Positions 10,313 to 20,720 are shown, counted from the stretch's first letter. The stretch is 64,000 bases of DNA from Candidatus Bathyarchaeia archaeon (GCA_050010755.1 JBEKKK010000001.1:1120001-1184000), one strand, 5' to 3'. Program-made: numbers and translations. The notes: generated by a model not told the origin, from the sequence alone.

Positions 10313-10873
10313 TTATCCGAAGACTTCTTTGCCAGCCTCTTTGTAAACTTCGAGATCGTCTTCCGAAAAGAGGACAAACGTGACCTTGTCGAGGTTGTCC
10401 TCCTTTTCCAAGAAATCTTTAACGGTTGCCAATGCTATTCTGCTGGCTTTTTCAATGGGGTATCCGTATGCACCCGTGCTTATCGAGGGGAACGCTATGG
10501 TTTTCAGTCTCTTGGAGATTGCCGCTTTGAGACTGTTGCGATAGGCTTCCGCGAGGAGTTCTGGTTCCTTGTGTTTGCCTCCGTGCCAGATTGGCCCGAC
10601 GGTGTGGATAACATATTTTGCCTTCAGATTGCCTCCGGAGGTCACCGCGGCCTTTCCTGTCGGAAGACCCTTCGGCCATTCTCGTGCTCTCAATCGCTTG
10701 CACTCTTCGAGTATTCTCGGTCCGCCCCTTCTGTGGATAGCTCCGTCAACTCCTCCGCCTCCCATGAGAGACGAGTTGGCCGCGTTCACGATGGCGTCGG
10801 TGTCCATGTCGGTTATGTCTCCCTGAATGAAGTTGATCTTGGTGTTTCCAACTCGAAATTCTGACTCACTCAT
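10313..10873 (-). CDS. Macro-domain O-acetyl-ADP-ribose deacetylase
   Basis: GDIT, AIVNAANSSLMGGGGVDGAIH, FPSISTGAYGYP. Confidence 0.92.
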   Translation of the reverse strand: MSESEFRVGNTKINFIQGDITDMDTDAIVNAANSSLMGGGGVDGAIHRRGGPRILEECKRLRAREWPKGLPTGKAAVTSGGNLKAKYVIHTVGPIWHGGKHKEPELLAEAYRNSLKAAISKRLKTIAFPSISTGAYGYPIEKASRIALATVKDFLEKEDNLDKVTFVLFSEDDLEVYKEAGKEVFG

Positions 10874-11432
10874 CTTCCTTTTCCGTCCTTGCCAAACTGG
10901 CATTCTGCACATTCTCGCCTTGCATTAATCGGTTCTGCAGTTCCACGACTTCTGTGCTGTCTTTCGCGCTCGCGTAGCTTTCCAGTCTCTCATGGTTTAT
11001 CTCAAGAAATGTGTGTCCCCACTTGAAAACGGACAGCAACCCGTTCGCCTGTTCTTTGAATCCGCCGATGTAGAGTGCCGCTGCGAGAGCTTCCGCCGTC
11101 GTAAGCTTCGTGAGCTTGCCAAAGTTAACCGGGTTGCCAGCAACGAGTATCGGTAGACAGCGGGACGTTCCTCTAACGTGTTTCAGCAAGACCTTTTCAG
11201 CGTGTTCCCAGCTGCAATCCAAACCGACGAGTCCAAATCCTTCAACGCGCTCTCTGTCAGCAGGAGAAAAAGCAGTCTCGGAAAACGGGTTAAGCACAAC
11301 GGCTCTCTTCGGCAGAAACCGCAACTGAGTCACCTGTCGAACCAGACCGAACCGTTTGAGCTTCAGGGCCGTGCACTTCTTAGGGTCACACTGTCTCGCG
11401 TTGTAAACAACGATTCTAACCTGACGTTGCAC
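10866..11432 (-). CDS. tsr3: rRNA aminocarboxypropyltransferase Tsr3
   Basis: QCDPKKCTALKL, DCSW, LPILVAGNPVNFG, FKWGHTF. Confidence 0.92.
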   Translation of the reverse strand: MQRQVRIVVYNARQCDPKKCTALKLKRFGLVRQVTQLRFLPKRAVVLNPFSETAFSPADRERVEGFGLVGLDCSWEHAEKVLLKHVRGTSRCLPILVAGNPVNFGKLTKLTTAEALAAALYIGGFKEQANGLLSVFKWGHTFLEINHERLESYASAKDSTEVVELQNRLMQGENVQNASLARTEKEDE

Positions 11433-12951
11433 GCGCCTTCAGCACCTTCAAGTGACTCATAGGATCATTCAAAACCGCAGGCAGGTAACGAATCAGATCC
11501 GTGGCAACCATGTGAGGCCCCAACTCTTCAAAGACAAAGTCGCCCGCGGCGCCGTTCACAAAAGCTGCTGCAACAGCGGCCTCGAAACAGTCCGACTTCT
11601 GCGCCAGAAAAGCTCCAGCAACACCCGAAAGCACGTCCCCCGTGCCGCCGACCGTCATGCCAGCGTTGCCCGTGAAATTAAGCTTGACGCGCCTGCCGTC
11701 AGAAACAACGTCAACATGTCCCTTCAACAGCACGGTAGCGTTCAAGCCTGCAGCAGCCCTCTGCACCTGCAGAACCCTCTCAGAAAAGATGCCAGACGGC
11801 TTCTTCCCCGTCAGGATGACATATTCTCCGGCGTGAGGCGTCACCATCAAAGGCACGTCCAGCTTCCTCTTAAACTCGGCAAAGGCTTTCAGACCGTCCG
11901 CATCCAAGAGCAAAGGTTTCCCAAGCTTCTCCACCATATCGACTATTCCCCTCACAGCATCAACCGTTTCCGAGTGCAATCCCAGTCCCGGACCCACAAC
12001 AACGGCATCAGAAACCTCCGCATAGGGTTTCAACGTTTGCAGGTTACGTGGGCTCAGATGATTTCCTTCAAGCTTTACGGTGATGAGATCCGGAGACATT
12101 GACGAAATGGCATAAGCAGTTTTCTCCGGTGCAGCAACGTAGGCCAAATCGACACCTGTGCGCATGGCAGCTTGGGCGACGAGAGTTGGGGCTCCAGAGA
12201 AGGTTTCGCTCCCACCTATAACCAGCAGACGTCCAGAATCTCCCTTGTGCGACTCGGGCGGACGGGGTTTGGCGACGAGCAGAACGTCACCAGGCCCTGC
12301 AAACCTTTCAAACTCTTCTGGCAGACCGATATCTTTCACAGCCAACTCGCCTACATACTTCTTTGCTCTTTCAAGCCCCTTCTTCGACCTGTGAAAAGTA
12401 ACTGTGAGATCCGCCTTCACAGCTTCACCCTCAACCGCACCAGTGTCCGCATCGACTCCTGTCGGCACGTCAACAGCAACTCGGAAAGCGTCCATCTGGT
12501 TAATCCTTTCAACAAGCTGCAGGATCGGCGGCCTCAGCTTTCCTTTAGCGCCTGTCCCGAGCAAAGCGTCAATCACCACGTCCGCCTTTGCCTTCGACAC
12601 GAGCGCACTGTCATAAACCTCTTCAACGGGAATCGTGTCACTCAGAAAATGCAGTGCATGCCAGTTCTCCAGAGCCGCTTTATCCGATATGTCTTTGATC
12701 TTTCCGGCCAGAGAGACTTTAACCCTAAAGCCCATGCAGGACAGGTGTCTGGCCGCGACGAAACCGTCGCCACCGTTCCCGCCTAAACCGCAGAAAACCA
12801 CCACGGACTTCCCGGGTTTGAACCGTGAGGCAACCTCCAATGCTACGCCGTGCCCCGCGTTTTCCATCAACACAAGCCTGGAAACACCAAAATACTCCGC
12901 GTTCAACTCCAACGCTCGCATTTCGCGGCTCGTAATATGAGGTTTAAGCAT
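11416..12951 (-). CDS. nnr: Bifunctional NAD(P)HX epimerase/dehydratase (NnrE-NnrD)
   Basis: LMENAG, GGNGGDG, DALLGTG, HKGDSG, DADGL, TPHAGE, GGTGDVLSG. Confidence 0.93.
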   Translation of the reverse strand: MLKPHITSREMRALELNAEYFGVSRLVLMENAGHGVALEVASRFKPGKSVVVFCGLGGNGGDGFVAARHLSCMGFRVKVSLAGKIKDISDKAALENWHALHFLSDTIPVEEVYDSALVSKAKADVVIDALLGTGAKGKLRPPILQLVERINQMDAFRVAVDVPTGVDADTGAVEGEAVKADLTVTFHRSKKGLERAKKYVGELAVKDIGLPEEFERFAGPGDVLLVAKPRPPESHKGDSGRLLVIGGSETFSGAPTLVAQAAMRTGVDLAYVAAPEKTAYAISSMSPDLITVKLEGNHLSPRNLQTLKPYAEVSDAVVVGPGLGLHSETVDAVRGIVDMVEKLGKPLLLDADGLKAFAEFKRKLDVPLMVTPHAGEYVILTGKKPSGIFSERVLQVQRAAAGLNATVLLKGHVDVVSDGRRVKLNFTGNAGMTVGGTGDVLSGVAGAFLAQKSDCFEAAVAAAFVNGAAGDFVFEELGPHMVATDLIRYLPAVLNDPMSHLKVLKARATSG

Positions 12952-13130
12952 GTCCAAAGCCCGATAGTCTAGTGTCCCCAAAACAAAGATAAGCCTATCC
13001 GTGCCATCAACAAGAGATGCAGAAACCTGCCGACACAAGGCTCATGGACGGTGGTGGGTATGAAGAGTTTGCCTCAATCTTCAGCAAAATATTTTAATGC
13101 TTATACACAAACATAACTGTGGAGATTTAG

Positions 13131-13376
13131 ATGCCAACGGCTTTCGTGTTAATCAACACTGAGATTGGTTCAGAAAGCGACGTGCTAAAAGACTTGAAAA
13201 AGGTTGAAGGAGTAGAGCAGGCAAACGCTGTTTACGGGGTCTACGACATCATCGCCCGCGTTAGCGCGGACACGATGGACAGGCTTAAGGAAATCGTCAC
13301 GTGGAAGGTCAGAAGACTCGACAAGGTCAGATCAACGCTTACGATGATCGTCGTGGAAGAAGCCACAAAGAAATAG
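13131..13376 (+). CDS. Lrp/AsnC ligand-binding-domain-only protein
   Basis: AFVLIN...VYGVYDII...VRSTLTMIV; no HTH. Confidence 0.88.
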   Translation: MPTAFVLINTEIGSESDVLKDLKKVEGVEQANAVYGVYDIIARVSADTMDRLKEIVTWKVRRLDKVRSTLTMIVVEEATKK

Positions 13377-13381
13377 CACGC

Positions 13382-13399
13382 ATCCCCTCCTTTTTATTT
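13382..13399 (+). terminator. Pyrimidine/oligo-T terminator after the Lrp-domain gene
   Basis: ATCCCCTCCTTTTTATTT just after the stop codon. Confidence 0.5.
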
Positions 13400-13466
13400 G
13401 GACCCCACAGTTGGCCCTTTATATTTCGGCCCGAATCCTATTCCTGACACGGCTGAGTCCAGACGA

Positions 13467-14807
13467 ATGAACACGAAAACATTGCACATAGGACTTGACG
13501 ATACGGATTCTACGAGGAAGGGCTGCACAACCTACGTTGCGGCACTTCTCGTTGAAAAGCTGCAGAGACTCGGTGCAAGCTTCATCGATTATCCAAACCT
13601 GATCAGGCTGAATCCCAACGTGCCTTGGAAGACCCGGGGAAACGGGGCACTGTGCCTGAGAATAGGATGCGACGAAAACGTTGAGGATCAAATAAAAGAG
13701 ACAGTCATATCCGCCGTCGAAGAAAATGCAGATCTAGATTTCAGAGGCACAGATCCGGGGGTTGTGTTCCTTGAAAGAGCCAGAATTCCCAAGGAAATCA
13801 GAGCCTTTTCAAAACGGGCCATAACAGGAATCGTGACTCTGAAGGAAGCCTCAAGGCTATTGGCGAAATACAACGGAGAAGCCGTGGGTTTCAAGAGTGG
13901 CAGAGGAATCATCGGCGGTTTGGCAGCAATAGGCGAAACGCTCCAAGCAGACTGCACCTACGAGATCCTCGCGTATCGAGTTCCAGAAAACCGCGGACTC
14001 AAGAGAAGAGTCGACGAAACCTCAATATTCGAAATGGACCAGGCCACCGCCCCCTACACCTTCAACAACGTTGATTCGGAAAGACACAGGGTGATCATCA
14101 CACCCCGAGGGCCAGATCCTATCCTTTTCGGCATCAGGGGCGAGACCCCAGAAATCGTGAAAAAAGCATTCGAAATGGTCAAACCGCTGGAACCCGTTGA
14201 AAGATGGATCATTTTCCGCTCCAACCAGGGAACAGACGCGCATCTCAAACGAATCGGCAACCTGAGCCAACTAACACCCTACAGTTCAGTCATCGCAAAG
14301 GCAGTCGTGGCCGCACGCCCGAAAATGATTCGCGGAAAACACGTAATCTTTCCCATAAGAGACGAATGGGCCCAAGTTGACTGTGCCGCGTACGAACCAA
14401 CAGGAGTGCTGAACCGCGCCGCGAGAGAACTGATGTGCGGAGATCACGTACAAGTCTACGGCAGCGTCAGAGCCCCCACAGCAAGAAGACCCCTAACGGT
14501 GAACCTTGAAAAACTCCGACTGCTCAAGCCCGCCCCAAACATTGCTTATCAGAACCCGACCTGCCCAACATGCGGCAAACGCTTGAAATCCATGGGCAAG
14601 AACAAGGGTTTCAGATGCGAAAAATGCGGGCTCAGAAAAACAAACCAAGGAAAGGTCGAGGTCAAGAAGAAACGCAACATAAAAAAAGGCCTCTACATCA
14701 GCTCCGCAAGATCCCAGAGACACTTAACAAAACCCTCCGTACGCTACGGAATCGAAAAACACCACAAAACAAATGAAAAACTGATTGAAAACTGGCACAG
14801 CCCCTGA
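13467..14807 (+). CDS. tiaS: tRNA(Ile2) agmatinylcytidine synthetase
   Basis: IGLDDTDS...GCTTY, RLNPNVPWKTRGNG, RSNQGTD, OB fold, CPTC...CEKC zinc ribbon. Confidence 0.95.
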   Translation: MNTKTLHIGLDDTDSTRKGCTTYVAALLVEKLQRLGASFIDYPNLIRLNPNVPWKTRGNGALCLRIGCDENVEDQIKETVISAVEENADLDFRGTDPGVVFLERARIPKEIRAFSKRAITGIVTLKEASRLLAKYNGEAVGFKSGRGIIGGLAAIGETLQADCTYEILAYRVPENRGLKRRVDETSIFEMDQATAPYTFNNVDSERHRVIITPRGPDPILFGIRGETPEIVKKAFEMVKPLEPVERWIIFRSNQGTDAHLKRIGNLSQLTPYSSVIAKAVVAARPKMIRGKHVIFPIRDEWAQVDCAAYEPTGVLNRAARELMCGDHVQVYGSVRAPTARRPLTVNLEKLRLLKPAPNIAYQNPTCPTCGKRLKSMGKNKGFRCEKCGLRKTNQGKVEVKKKRNIKKGLYISSARSQRHLTKPSVRYGIEKHHKTNEKLIENWHSP

Positions 14808-14882
14808 CGCGGTAGATTGAGCACTTCGACACATTTCGAACACAATTCGATCCGCCTCAGGACAGCAGATGTTCGCGGATTC

Positions 14883-14963
14883 TCACCACTCAACATGCAA
14901 ATTTACGGTTACACATTACAAAGCAACATTACAACAGACGTAAAGAAAAAAAGGGGAGGGGGG
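14883..14963 (+). repeat. Dispersed intergenic repeat, copy A
   Basis: 77/81 identical to the reverse complement of 35165-35245 (manual alignment). Confidence 0.92.
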
Positions 14964-15105
14964 CGAACACACGAGAAAAGAGCATCGAAGCAGTTCGCAG
15001 ACAAACCTCCAAAAGACAAAACAGACCGAGCTTTACAAGCGCGCAAGCAACCGGCAACGATGGAAACGCGAGGGCGAAATGGTTTAATGTCCGTTTTGTT
15101 AATCC

Positions 15106-17937
15106 TTGAAATCAAAGTTCCCAGTTCAGGATGTTTACGCTTTGAAGCAGCAGTTTCCGAAAGAGGAATACGACCTCCCATTCTTCAAGGAAGCAGGTTA
15201 CGTCAGAAAACAGTGCCCCAAATGCAAAGAATACTATTGGACGCAGCTTCCCGATAAGCCCACTTGCGGCGAGTCTAACTCGGAAGGATGCGCATCCTAC
15301 ACCTTCATAAACAACCCGCCCACCCGCAAAAAGTACAGCCTGCCCGAGATGCGCGAAGCCTTCCTCTCATTCTTCGAAAAAAACGGCCACACCCGCATAA
15401 AACCCTACCCCGTCGTGGCAAGATGGAGAGGCGATATCTACCTAACCCACGCAAGCATAATCGACTTCCAACCATACGTAACAGAAGGAATCGCCCCACC
15501 ACCCGCAAACCCACTCGTAATCAGCCAACCCTGCATTAGACTCGTCGACGTGGACAACACAGGCCCCACGTTCGGCAGACACGAAACCATCTTCGAAATG
15601 GGCGGAGCCCACGCCTTCAACCTCCCAGACAAAGAAGTGTACTGGAAAGACCAGACCGTAAGATACCAAAACGACTTCGTAACAAACGTCCTCGGCGTCA
15701 AACCAGAAGAAATCGTCTACAAAGAAGCCGTCTGGATCGGCGGAGGAAACGCAGGACCATGCGTAGAATCCATCATCAGAGGCCTAGAAGTAGACACCCT
15801 CGTATTCATGCAATTCAAACTTGTCAACGACCAGTTCATCAAACTCCCAATCAGAACCGTCGACACAGGCTACGGCATAGACCGATACGCGTGGCTCAGC
15901 CAAGGCGCCCCCAGCGGCTTCCACGCAGCCTACGGCGAACTCCTCGACAAAGTCTTCAAGATGGCAGGCATACCCAAAATCGACCAAGCACTGCTGAAGA
16001 AAGTTGCCGAAGCCTCAGGCCTAGTCAACCTTGACAAGACCACCAGCAGAACCCTGACACGAAAGAAAGAAGCACAACTCGTCGGCACAAACGTGGAAGA
16101 ACTCGAAAAATTCGTAACACCCATCGAGAACGCCTTCGCAGTCACAGACCACACAAAATGCCTCAGCTTCATACTCTCCGAAGGCGTAGTACCCTCCAAC
16201 ATCCAGGAAGGCTACCTAGCAAGACTCATCTTCCGCAGAGTCTACCGCCTCCTAAGAATACTGGAAATACCAGACAAACTCCACGAAATCGTAGACATGC
16301 AAATCAACCTATGGGGCAAAGACTACCCCCAACTCAAAGAAATGCACAGCGAAATAACAGAAATGCTCAAAGTCGAAGAAGAAAAATTCGAAGAAACCAT
16401 CAAACGCGGAGAAGGAATGGTCAAACGCATCTCAGCCGAGCTGAAAAAACAAGGAAAGAAAACCATCCCCGTCGAAACCCTAACCGAACTCTACGACTCC
16501 CACGGCCTACCGCCCGAAATAGTCAAACAGGCCGCAGAACAAGAAAACCTCAACGTGGAACTGCCGGACAACTTCTACAACCTCATAGCCCAGAGACACA
16601 TGAACGCCCCGACAGCCATCGAAAAGGAAGCCACACCAGAACTGGAAATGAAGGCAAAGGTCACGGGCCTCCCACCAACGTTGGCCCTATACTATCAAGA
16701 TCAATACATGAAAGAGTTTGAAGCAAAAGTTCTGAAAGTGATAGAAAAACAGTACGTCGTACTCGACAGAACATGCTTCTTCCCAGAAGGCGGCGGACAA
16801 CCAGCAGACAGCGGACACCTAACATTCGAAAACAAGAAGACAGAGGTTACCGACGTCCAGAAAATAGGCAACGTCATAATCCACAAAGTAAAGGGCGACG
16901 TTCCCAAAGAAGGCAGCGTGCTCAGAGGAGCCATCAATTGGGAGAAACGTTACAGCCTGATGAAAAACCACACGGCGACACACGTGGTCGGCGGAGCCGC
17001 CAGAAGAGTCCTCGGCCAACACGTTTGGCAATACGGCACACAGAAAGGCGTAGAAGGCTCGAGGCTCGACATCTCACACTACCGCCGATTAACGTTGGAA
17101 GAGGTTCAAAAGATAGAGACTCTGGCCAACGAGGCGATCCAAAGGAACCTCCCTGTTGACACGAAGTGGATGTCCAGAAACGACGCTGAAAGCCTCTACG
17201 GCTTCAGGCTCTACCAGGGCGGAGCAGTGCCCGGCAAAGAAATCCGAGTGGTCAGAACCGACGACTGGGATGTCGAAGCCTGCGCCGGAACACACCTGAA
17301 CAACACGGGCGAAATTGGGTTTCTAAAGATAACCCACACCGAAAGAGTCCAAGACGGAGTCGAGAGACTCGCGTACTCGGTCGGAATACCAGCCGTAAAG
17401 GCCGTCCAGAAGAACGAGGAACTGCTCGTCAGAGTCTCCGAAACGCTGAACGCCCCCTTAGAAAAGCTGGACAAGACCGCTGAGAAACTCGTGAAGGAAC
17501 TGAAGGAAGCAGGCGTTGAAAGAAGAAGATTGCTCAAAGAAATAGCCATCCAGGACAGCGCCAAACTCAAGGGCCAAGTCCAGACGGCGGAAAGCAAGAC
17601 GGTAGCCGACGTCAAACTCGTAATCAGAGACTTCAAGGAATCCATCGACATCGACAGAATGGTCCAGACCGCAAACGAAATAATCAAACAAGACGAGGCA
17701 ACGGTCACCCTGTTCTACGGATCAGACGGAAAAAACGCGAGAATAATGGTCATGGCCGGCAAAGCCGCAGTCGAAAAAGGAGTCGACGCCAGCGAGGTTG
17801 TCAGAGAATCAGCCCCCATAATAGGCGGAGGAGGAGGCGGAAGACCCAACTTTGCACAGGGCGGCGGAACGCAGACCGCAAAACTGGCCGAAGCGGTTAG
17901 AAAGGCCGAAGAAACCGTGAGAAAAAGACTGAAATAG
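15106..17937 (+). CDS. alaS: Alanine--tRNA ligase (archaeal type)
   Basis: YPVVARWR, VDTGYGIDR, DHTKC, editing motifs HTATH and CAGTH, C-Ala GGGGGRPNFAQGGG. Confidence 0.97.
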   Translation: MKSKFPVQDVYALKQQFPKEEYDLPFFKEAGYVRKQCPKCKEYYWTQLPDKPTCGESNSEGCASYTFINNPPTRKKYSLPEMREAFLSFFEKNGHTRIKPYPVVARWRGDIYLTHASIIDFQPYVTEGIAPPPANPLVISQPCIRLVDVDNTGPTFGRHETIFEMGGAHAFNLPDKEVYWKDQTVRYQNDFVTNVLGVKPEEIVYKEAVWIGGGNAGPCVESIIRGLEVDTLVFMQFKLVNDQFIKLPIRTVDTGYGIDRYAWLSQGAPSGFHAAYGELLDKVFKMAGIPKIDQALLKKVAEASGLVNLDKTTSRTLTRKKEAQLVGTNVEELEKFVTPIENAFAVTDHTKCLSFILSEGVVPSNIQEGYLARLIFRRVYRLLRILEIPDKLHEIVDMQINLWGKDYPQLKEMHSEITEMLKVEEEKFEETIKRGEGMVKRISAELKKQGKKTIPVETLTELYDSHGLPPEIVKQAAEQENLNVELPDNFYNLIAQRHMNAPTAIEKEATPELEMKAKVTGLPPTLALYYQDQYMKEFEAKVLKVIEKQYVVLDRTCFFPEGGGQPADSGHLTFENKKTEVTDVQKIGNVIIHKVKGDVPKEGSVLRGAINWEKRYSLMKNHTATHVVGGAARRVLGQHVWQYGTQKGVEGSRLDISHYRRLTLEEVQKIETLANEAIQRNLPVDTKWMSRNDAESLYGFRLYQGGAVPGKEIRVVRTDDWDVEACAGTHLNNTGEIGFLKITHTERVQDGVERLAYSVGIPAVKAVQKNEELLVRVSETLNAPLEKLDKTAEKLVKELKEAGVERRRLLKEIAIQDSAKLKGQVQTAESKTVADVKLVIRDFKESIDIDRMVQTANEIIKQDEATVTLFYGSDGKNARIMVMAGKAAVEKGVDASEVVRESAPIIGGGGGGRPNFAQGGGTQTAKLAEAVRKAEETVRKRLK

Positions 17938-18057
17938 CAAGAAAACTGAGAAACTCGCGCCCGTTTTGACATAAGCGGTCCTCGCAGGCAAAAATCGTCT
18001 CCAAACAGCAAAGAGAAACCAAGGCAATAATCAACCCTTTTTCGGAATATGCGCAAA

Positions 18058-18128
18058 CAACATTGACACACACGTGGATCCATTACGCGGATCCATTACA
18101 TCTGATGTGTGTGAAAAAAAGGGAGGGG
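18058..18128 (+). repeat. Dispersed intergenic repeat, degenerate copy B1
   Basis: CAACAT...GGATCCATTAC twice at 13-bp period, ATCTGATGT, A7-GGGAGGGG. Confidence 0.75.
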
Positions 18129-18236
18129 CCAACCATTCATCATCGAAATCGCACATGATATCGGACGCAAACACGAAGAAAAAGGGGCAACGCTCAAGTC
18201 AGGATCAAGATTTAGCCTTTTCCGGAACGCTCAAAG

Positions 18237-18309
18237 CAACATGGAAAACTTACATTGCAACATTACATTGCAACATTACATCTGATGTAAAGAAAAAAAA
18301 GGGAGGGGG
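18237..18309 (+). repeat. Dispersed intergenic repeat, copy B2
   Basis: CAACATGGAAA-TTAC-N9-TTAC-N9-TTAC-N7-GTAA-AG-A8-GGGAGGGGG. Confidence 0.88.
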
Positions 18310-18318
18310 CCCGTTGAA

Positions 18319-19959
18319 CTATGCTTCCATGCTTGAAAAGAGTTTCTTCATGCCTTGCACGCAATAGTGGCGGGTCAACACGAGAAGGATTGCGCCAATT
18401 GCCGCTGTCGAGACGATTGTCAATAGCAATGATACAGTCAGCCCGCCTCCGAACCCAGTAAATAATCCCGTGCCTTCATACAATAATAAAGGAGTTAGAA
18501 TCGCCAACGTCGCCAAGCCACCCATAACGAACTCTATCAGGAACCCGGTTAGGGAGATGTATCTTGCCCTCGGTCCCGCGTCAAAGCTGGGGTATCGCGA
18601 GCCTATTCCAAGCCCCACATACCCTTGCACCATCATGTTGAAGGCCGCGAAAACCAAGGCAGCCAAGAACAGGCCTGGGGCAACAGGAGCCAGAAATTGC
18701 ATCAACAAAGCGATTGCCAGTATTCCTGCCCCTGAGAAAATCCATGGGAGAAAAAGCTTTCCGAGGATCAGTTCGTCCGCTGAGATGGGAAGCATATAGA
18801 TGTTGGCGATGGATCTTCCTTCCTGCCCAATGCTGATTGAAGAGAGAATCATGGGCAAAAACAGGGAAACTTCAACTAGAAGCACTAAGCTCACGCCCGA
18901 TAGCCCAGTCTTTGGATTCGATCCACTCGTCAACACCGGGAGCAAGGAAGCAACTACAAGCACCACGGGTACAGCTAGGAATCTGGCCATTTCTCTTCGT
19001 CTTGCTAGGGATCTTAATTCCTTGGAGGCTACCGCGAACGCGACTGGATCCAGCCACAGGAACGACCTGCCTTGAGGAACGTACACGGTTGAAGTCGACA
19101 AGGTAATGGTAACGGGCACCGGAGACCAGTATCTGATTCTCAGTCGAGTTGCAGCCTCGAATATCAAGAACGTGAACACGACGGAAAGTGCTCCAAAAAG
19201 GGCCGTTCTTGCCACGTCTGTTGTTATTAAGTAGACGACGGCGACTGATGGCCAGATTACGGGAACAAACCAAGCGAAGTTGACGCCCGCGGCGATGCCT
19301 GAAAGGGCAGTGTAGAGGATGTATGGATTGAAGGCTATCTGCACGGCGACTAAAAGGACAACGACGAGTAGGATGCGAAGGATGACTCCGAGCCTTCCGC
19401 TCTTCTTGTAAAGCGTTGTCGAGATGCGGTTCATCACCGACCTCAAGGCTTCCACAATCACAGCTCCCCAAAAGAACGCGAGGACGCAAATCACAACGAA
19501 AAACGGGACAATCGAAAGCATGCCTATATACGCGGCGAGCGGCACGGTCACCCCCAGACTGATAAATAGAATAGGCGAGTAAGTGAACACCACCGAAACG
19601 GCCGAGGCAACCACGTATTCTCTAGGAGACACTGGAAGCCAATTCACCGCTTCGCTCGAAGCAAGACCGCTGGCCTGCCCCAGCTCAAAGAGTATTCCCG
19701 CCAATATGACCACTGACGTGAGAATGACTGGAAGCACGATGAGAGAATTAATTGCGACAGGTCGAACCGAACTCATTAGGCTAGCCGGAATCAACGGTAG
19801 AGCAAACATGAGCAGCCCGAATGGAACCGCAAAAGCTACTACGTCCAAGAAGGCTAAGACCAACGGCTTCGAAAGAATGCTCCTGCGACCGAAACGGCTG
19901 GCTCGGAAGTACGACTTAAACAGAACAGAAGCGAGGCTCTTGACAGTTGACCAATTCAA
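18319..19959 (-). CDS. ABC exporter permease (multi-TM)
   Basis: About 14 TM; KELRSLARR motif; 4-nt overlap with the ATPase gene. Confidence 0.8.
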   Translation of the reverse strand: MNWSTVKSLASVLFKSYFRASRFGRRSILSKPLVLAFLDVVAFAVPFGLLMFALPLIPASLMSSVRPVAINSLIVLPVILTSVVILAGILFELGQASGLASSEAVNWLPVSPREYVVASAVSVVFTYSPILFISLGVTVPLAAYIGMLSIVPFFVVICVLAFFWGAVIVEALRSVMNRISTTLYKKSGRLGVILRILLVVVLLVAVQIAFNPYILYTALSGIAAGVNFAWFVPVIWPSVAVVYLITTDVARTALFGALSVVFTFLIFEAATRLRIRYWSPVPVTITLSTSTVYVPQGRSFLWLDPVAFAVASKELRSLARRREMARFLAVPVVLVVASLLPVLTSGSNPKTGLSGVSLVLLVEVSLFLPMILSSISIGQEGRSIANIYMLPISADELILGKLFLPWIFSGAGILAIALLMQFLAPVAPGLFLAALVFAAFNMMVQGYVGLGIGSRYPSFDAGPRARYISLTGFLIEFVMGGLATLAILTPLLLYEGTGLFTGFGGGLTVSLLLTIVSTAAIGAILLVLTRHYCVQGMKKLFSSMEA

Positions 19960-20720
19960 AGCTTCAATGCCTCAACGATCTTCTCCGTGTCTTCACTACC
20001 CGTAAGCTTCAAGAAGGTATCCTCAAGCGTCGAACCAGGCATCCCTGCCCTCGATCTCAGCTCTTGCACATTCCCCTCGGCAATGATATTTCCCTCATTC
20101 ATAATGGTGATTCTGCTGCACATCGCCTCTGCAATTTCAAGAACGTGAGTACTGAAAAGGATTGAAACGCCTTCGCCCGCCAAACGGTGAAGAACATCCT
20201 TGACTATCTTGGCTGACCTAGGATCTAAACCGTTCAACGCTTCGTCCAAAACGAGAGCACGCGGCCGGTGAAGCAGAGCCGAAGTAATTGCTATTTTCTG
20301 CTTCATTCCTTGAGAGAAGCCGCTCATAACCTCGTTCACATGCTCATCCATCTGCAACGCCTTAAGCAGCTCATCAACCCTCTCTCGCCGAACCTTCAAG
20401 TCGATACCGTAAGCTGTGCCTACAAAATCAAGATACTCCGAAGCCGTCAGATACTCGTAAAGATAAGGCAGTTCCGGAACATAGCCCACAAGTCTTTTGG
20501 CGTCAATGGGCCGCTGCAGCACATCCACGCCCCAAAGGCTGATCTTGCCACGATCAGGCTTGACAATACTCATGATCATCTTCATGGTCGTGCTTTTCCC
20601 AGATCCGTTCGGACCGAGAAGGCCATGAACCTCACCCGGCAACACGGAAAGCGTCATATCTCTTACAGCCACGTTATTGCCGAAGGATTTCGTCACCGAT
20701 TCTAAGATAATCCCGTCCAT
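19956..20720 (-). CDS. ABC transporter ATP-binding protein
   Basis: GPNGSGKST Walker A, FSQGMKQK signature, LVLDE, STH. Confidence 0.95.
   Translation of the reverse strand: MDGIILESVTKSFGNNVAVRDMTLSVLPGEVHGLLGPNGSGKSTTMKMIMSIVKPDRGKISLWGVDVLQRPIDAKRLVGYVPELPYLYEYLTASEYLDFVGTAYGIDLKVRRERVDELLKALQMDEHVNEVMSGFSQGMKQKIAITSALLHRPRALVLDEALNGLDPRSAKIVKDVLHRLAGEGVSILFSTHVLEIAEAMCSRITIMNEGNIIAEGNVQELRSRAGMPGSTLEDTFLKLTGSEDTEKIVEALKL

Noticed and set aside
11452-12786. Long antisense or alternate-frame ORFs (e.g. 11452-12102, 12172-12786, 16158-16721, 62710-63429)
   Set aside because: They shadow well-supported genes and have no protein-family motifs.
14953-14960. GGGGAGGG matches the bacterial KOPS motif GGGNAGGG
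   Set aside because: It is not kept in copies B1 and B2, and there is no reason to expect an FtsK system here; likely coincidence.
14817-15257. ORFs sharing the peptide TLQSNITTDVKKKRGGG (also 18074-18367 and 34988-35233)
   Set aside because: They are translations of the DNA repeat. The differences between copies A and C change amino acids, the ATG is out of frame in copy B2, and the flanks are unrelated.
14883-18309. Repeat copies as a CRISPR array
   Set aside because: The copies are dispersed and 70-80 bp long, with no regular repeat-spacer period and no cas genes.
18290-18310. Repeat tail as merely a terminator of the convergent ABC permease gene
   Set aside because: Plausible for copy B2 only. 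Copies A and C have no convergent gene, and conservation extends about 60 bp beyond the tract.
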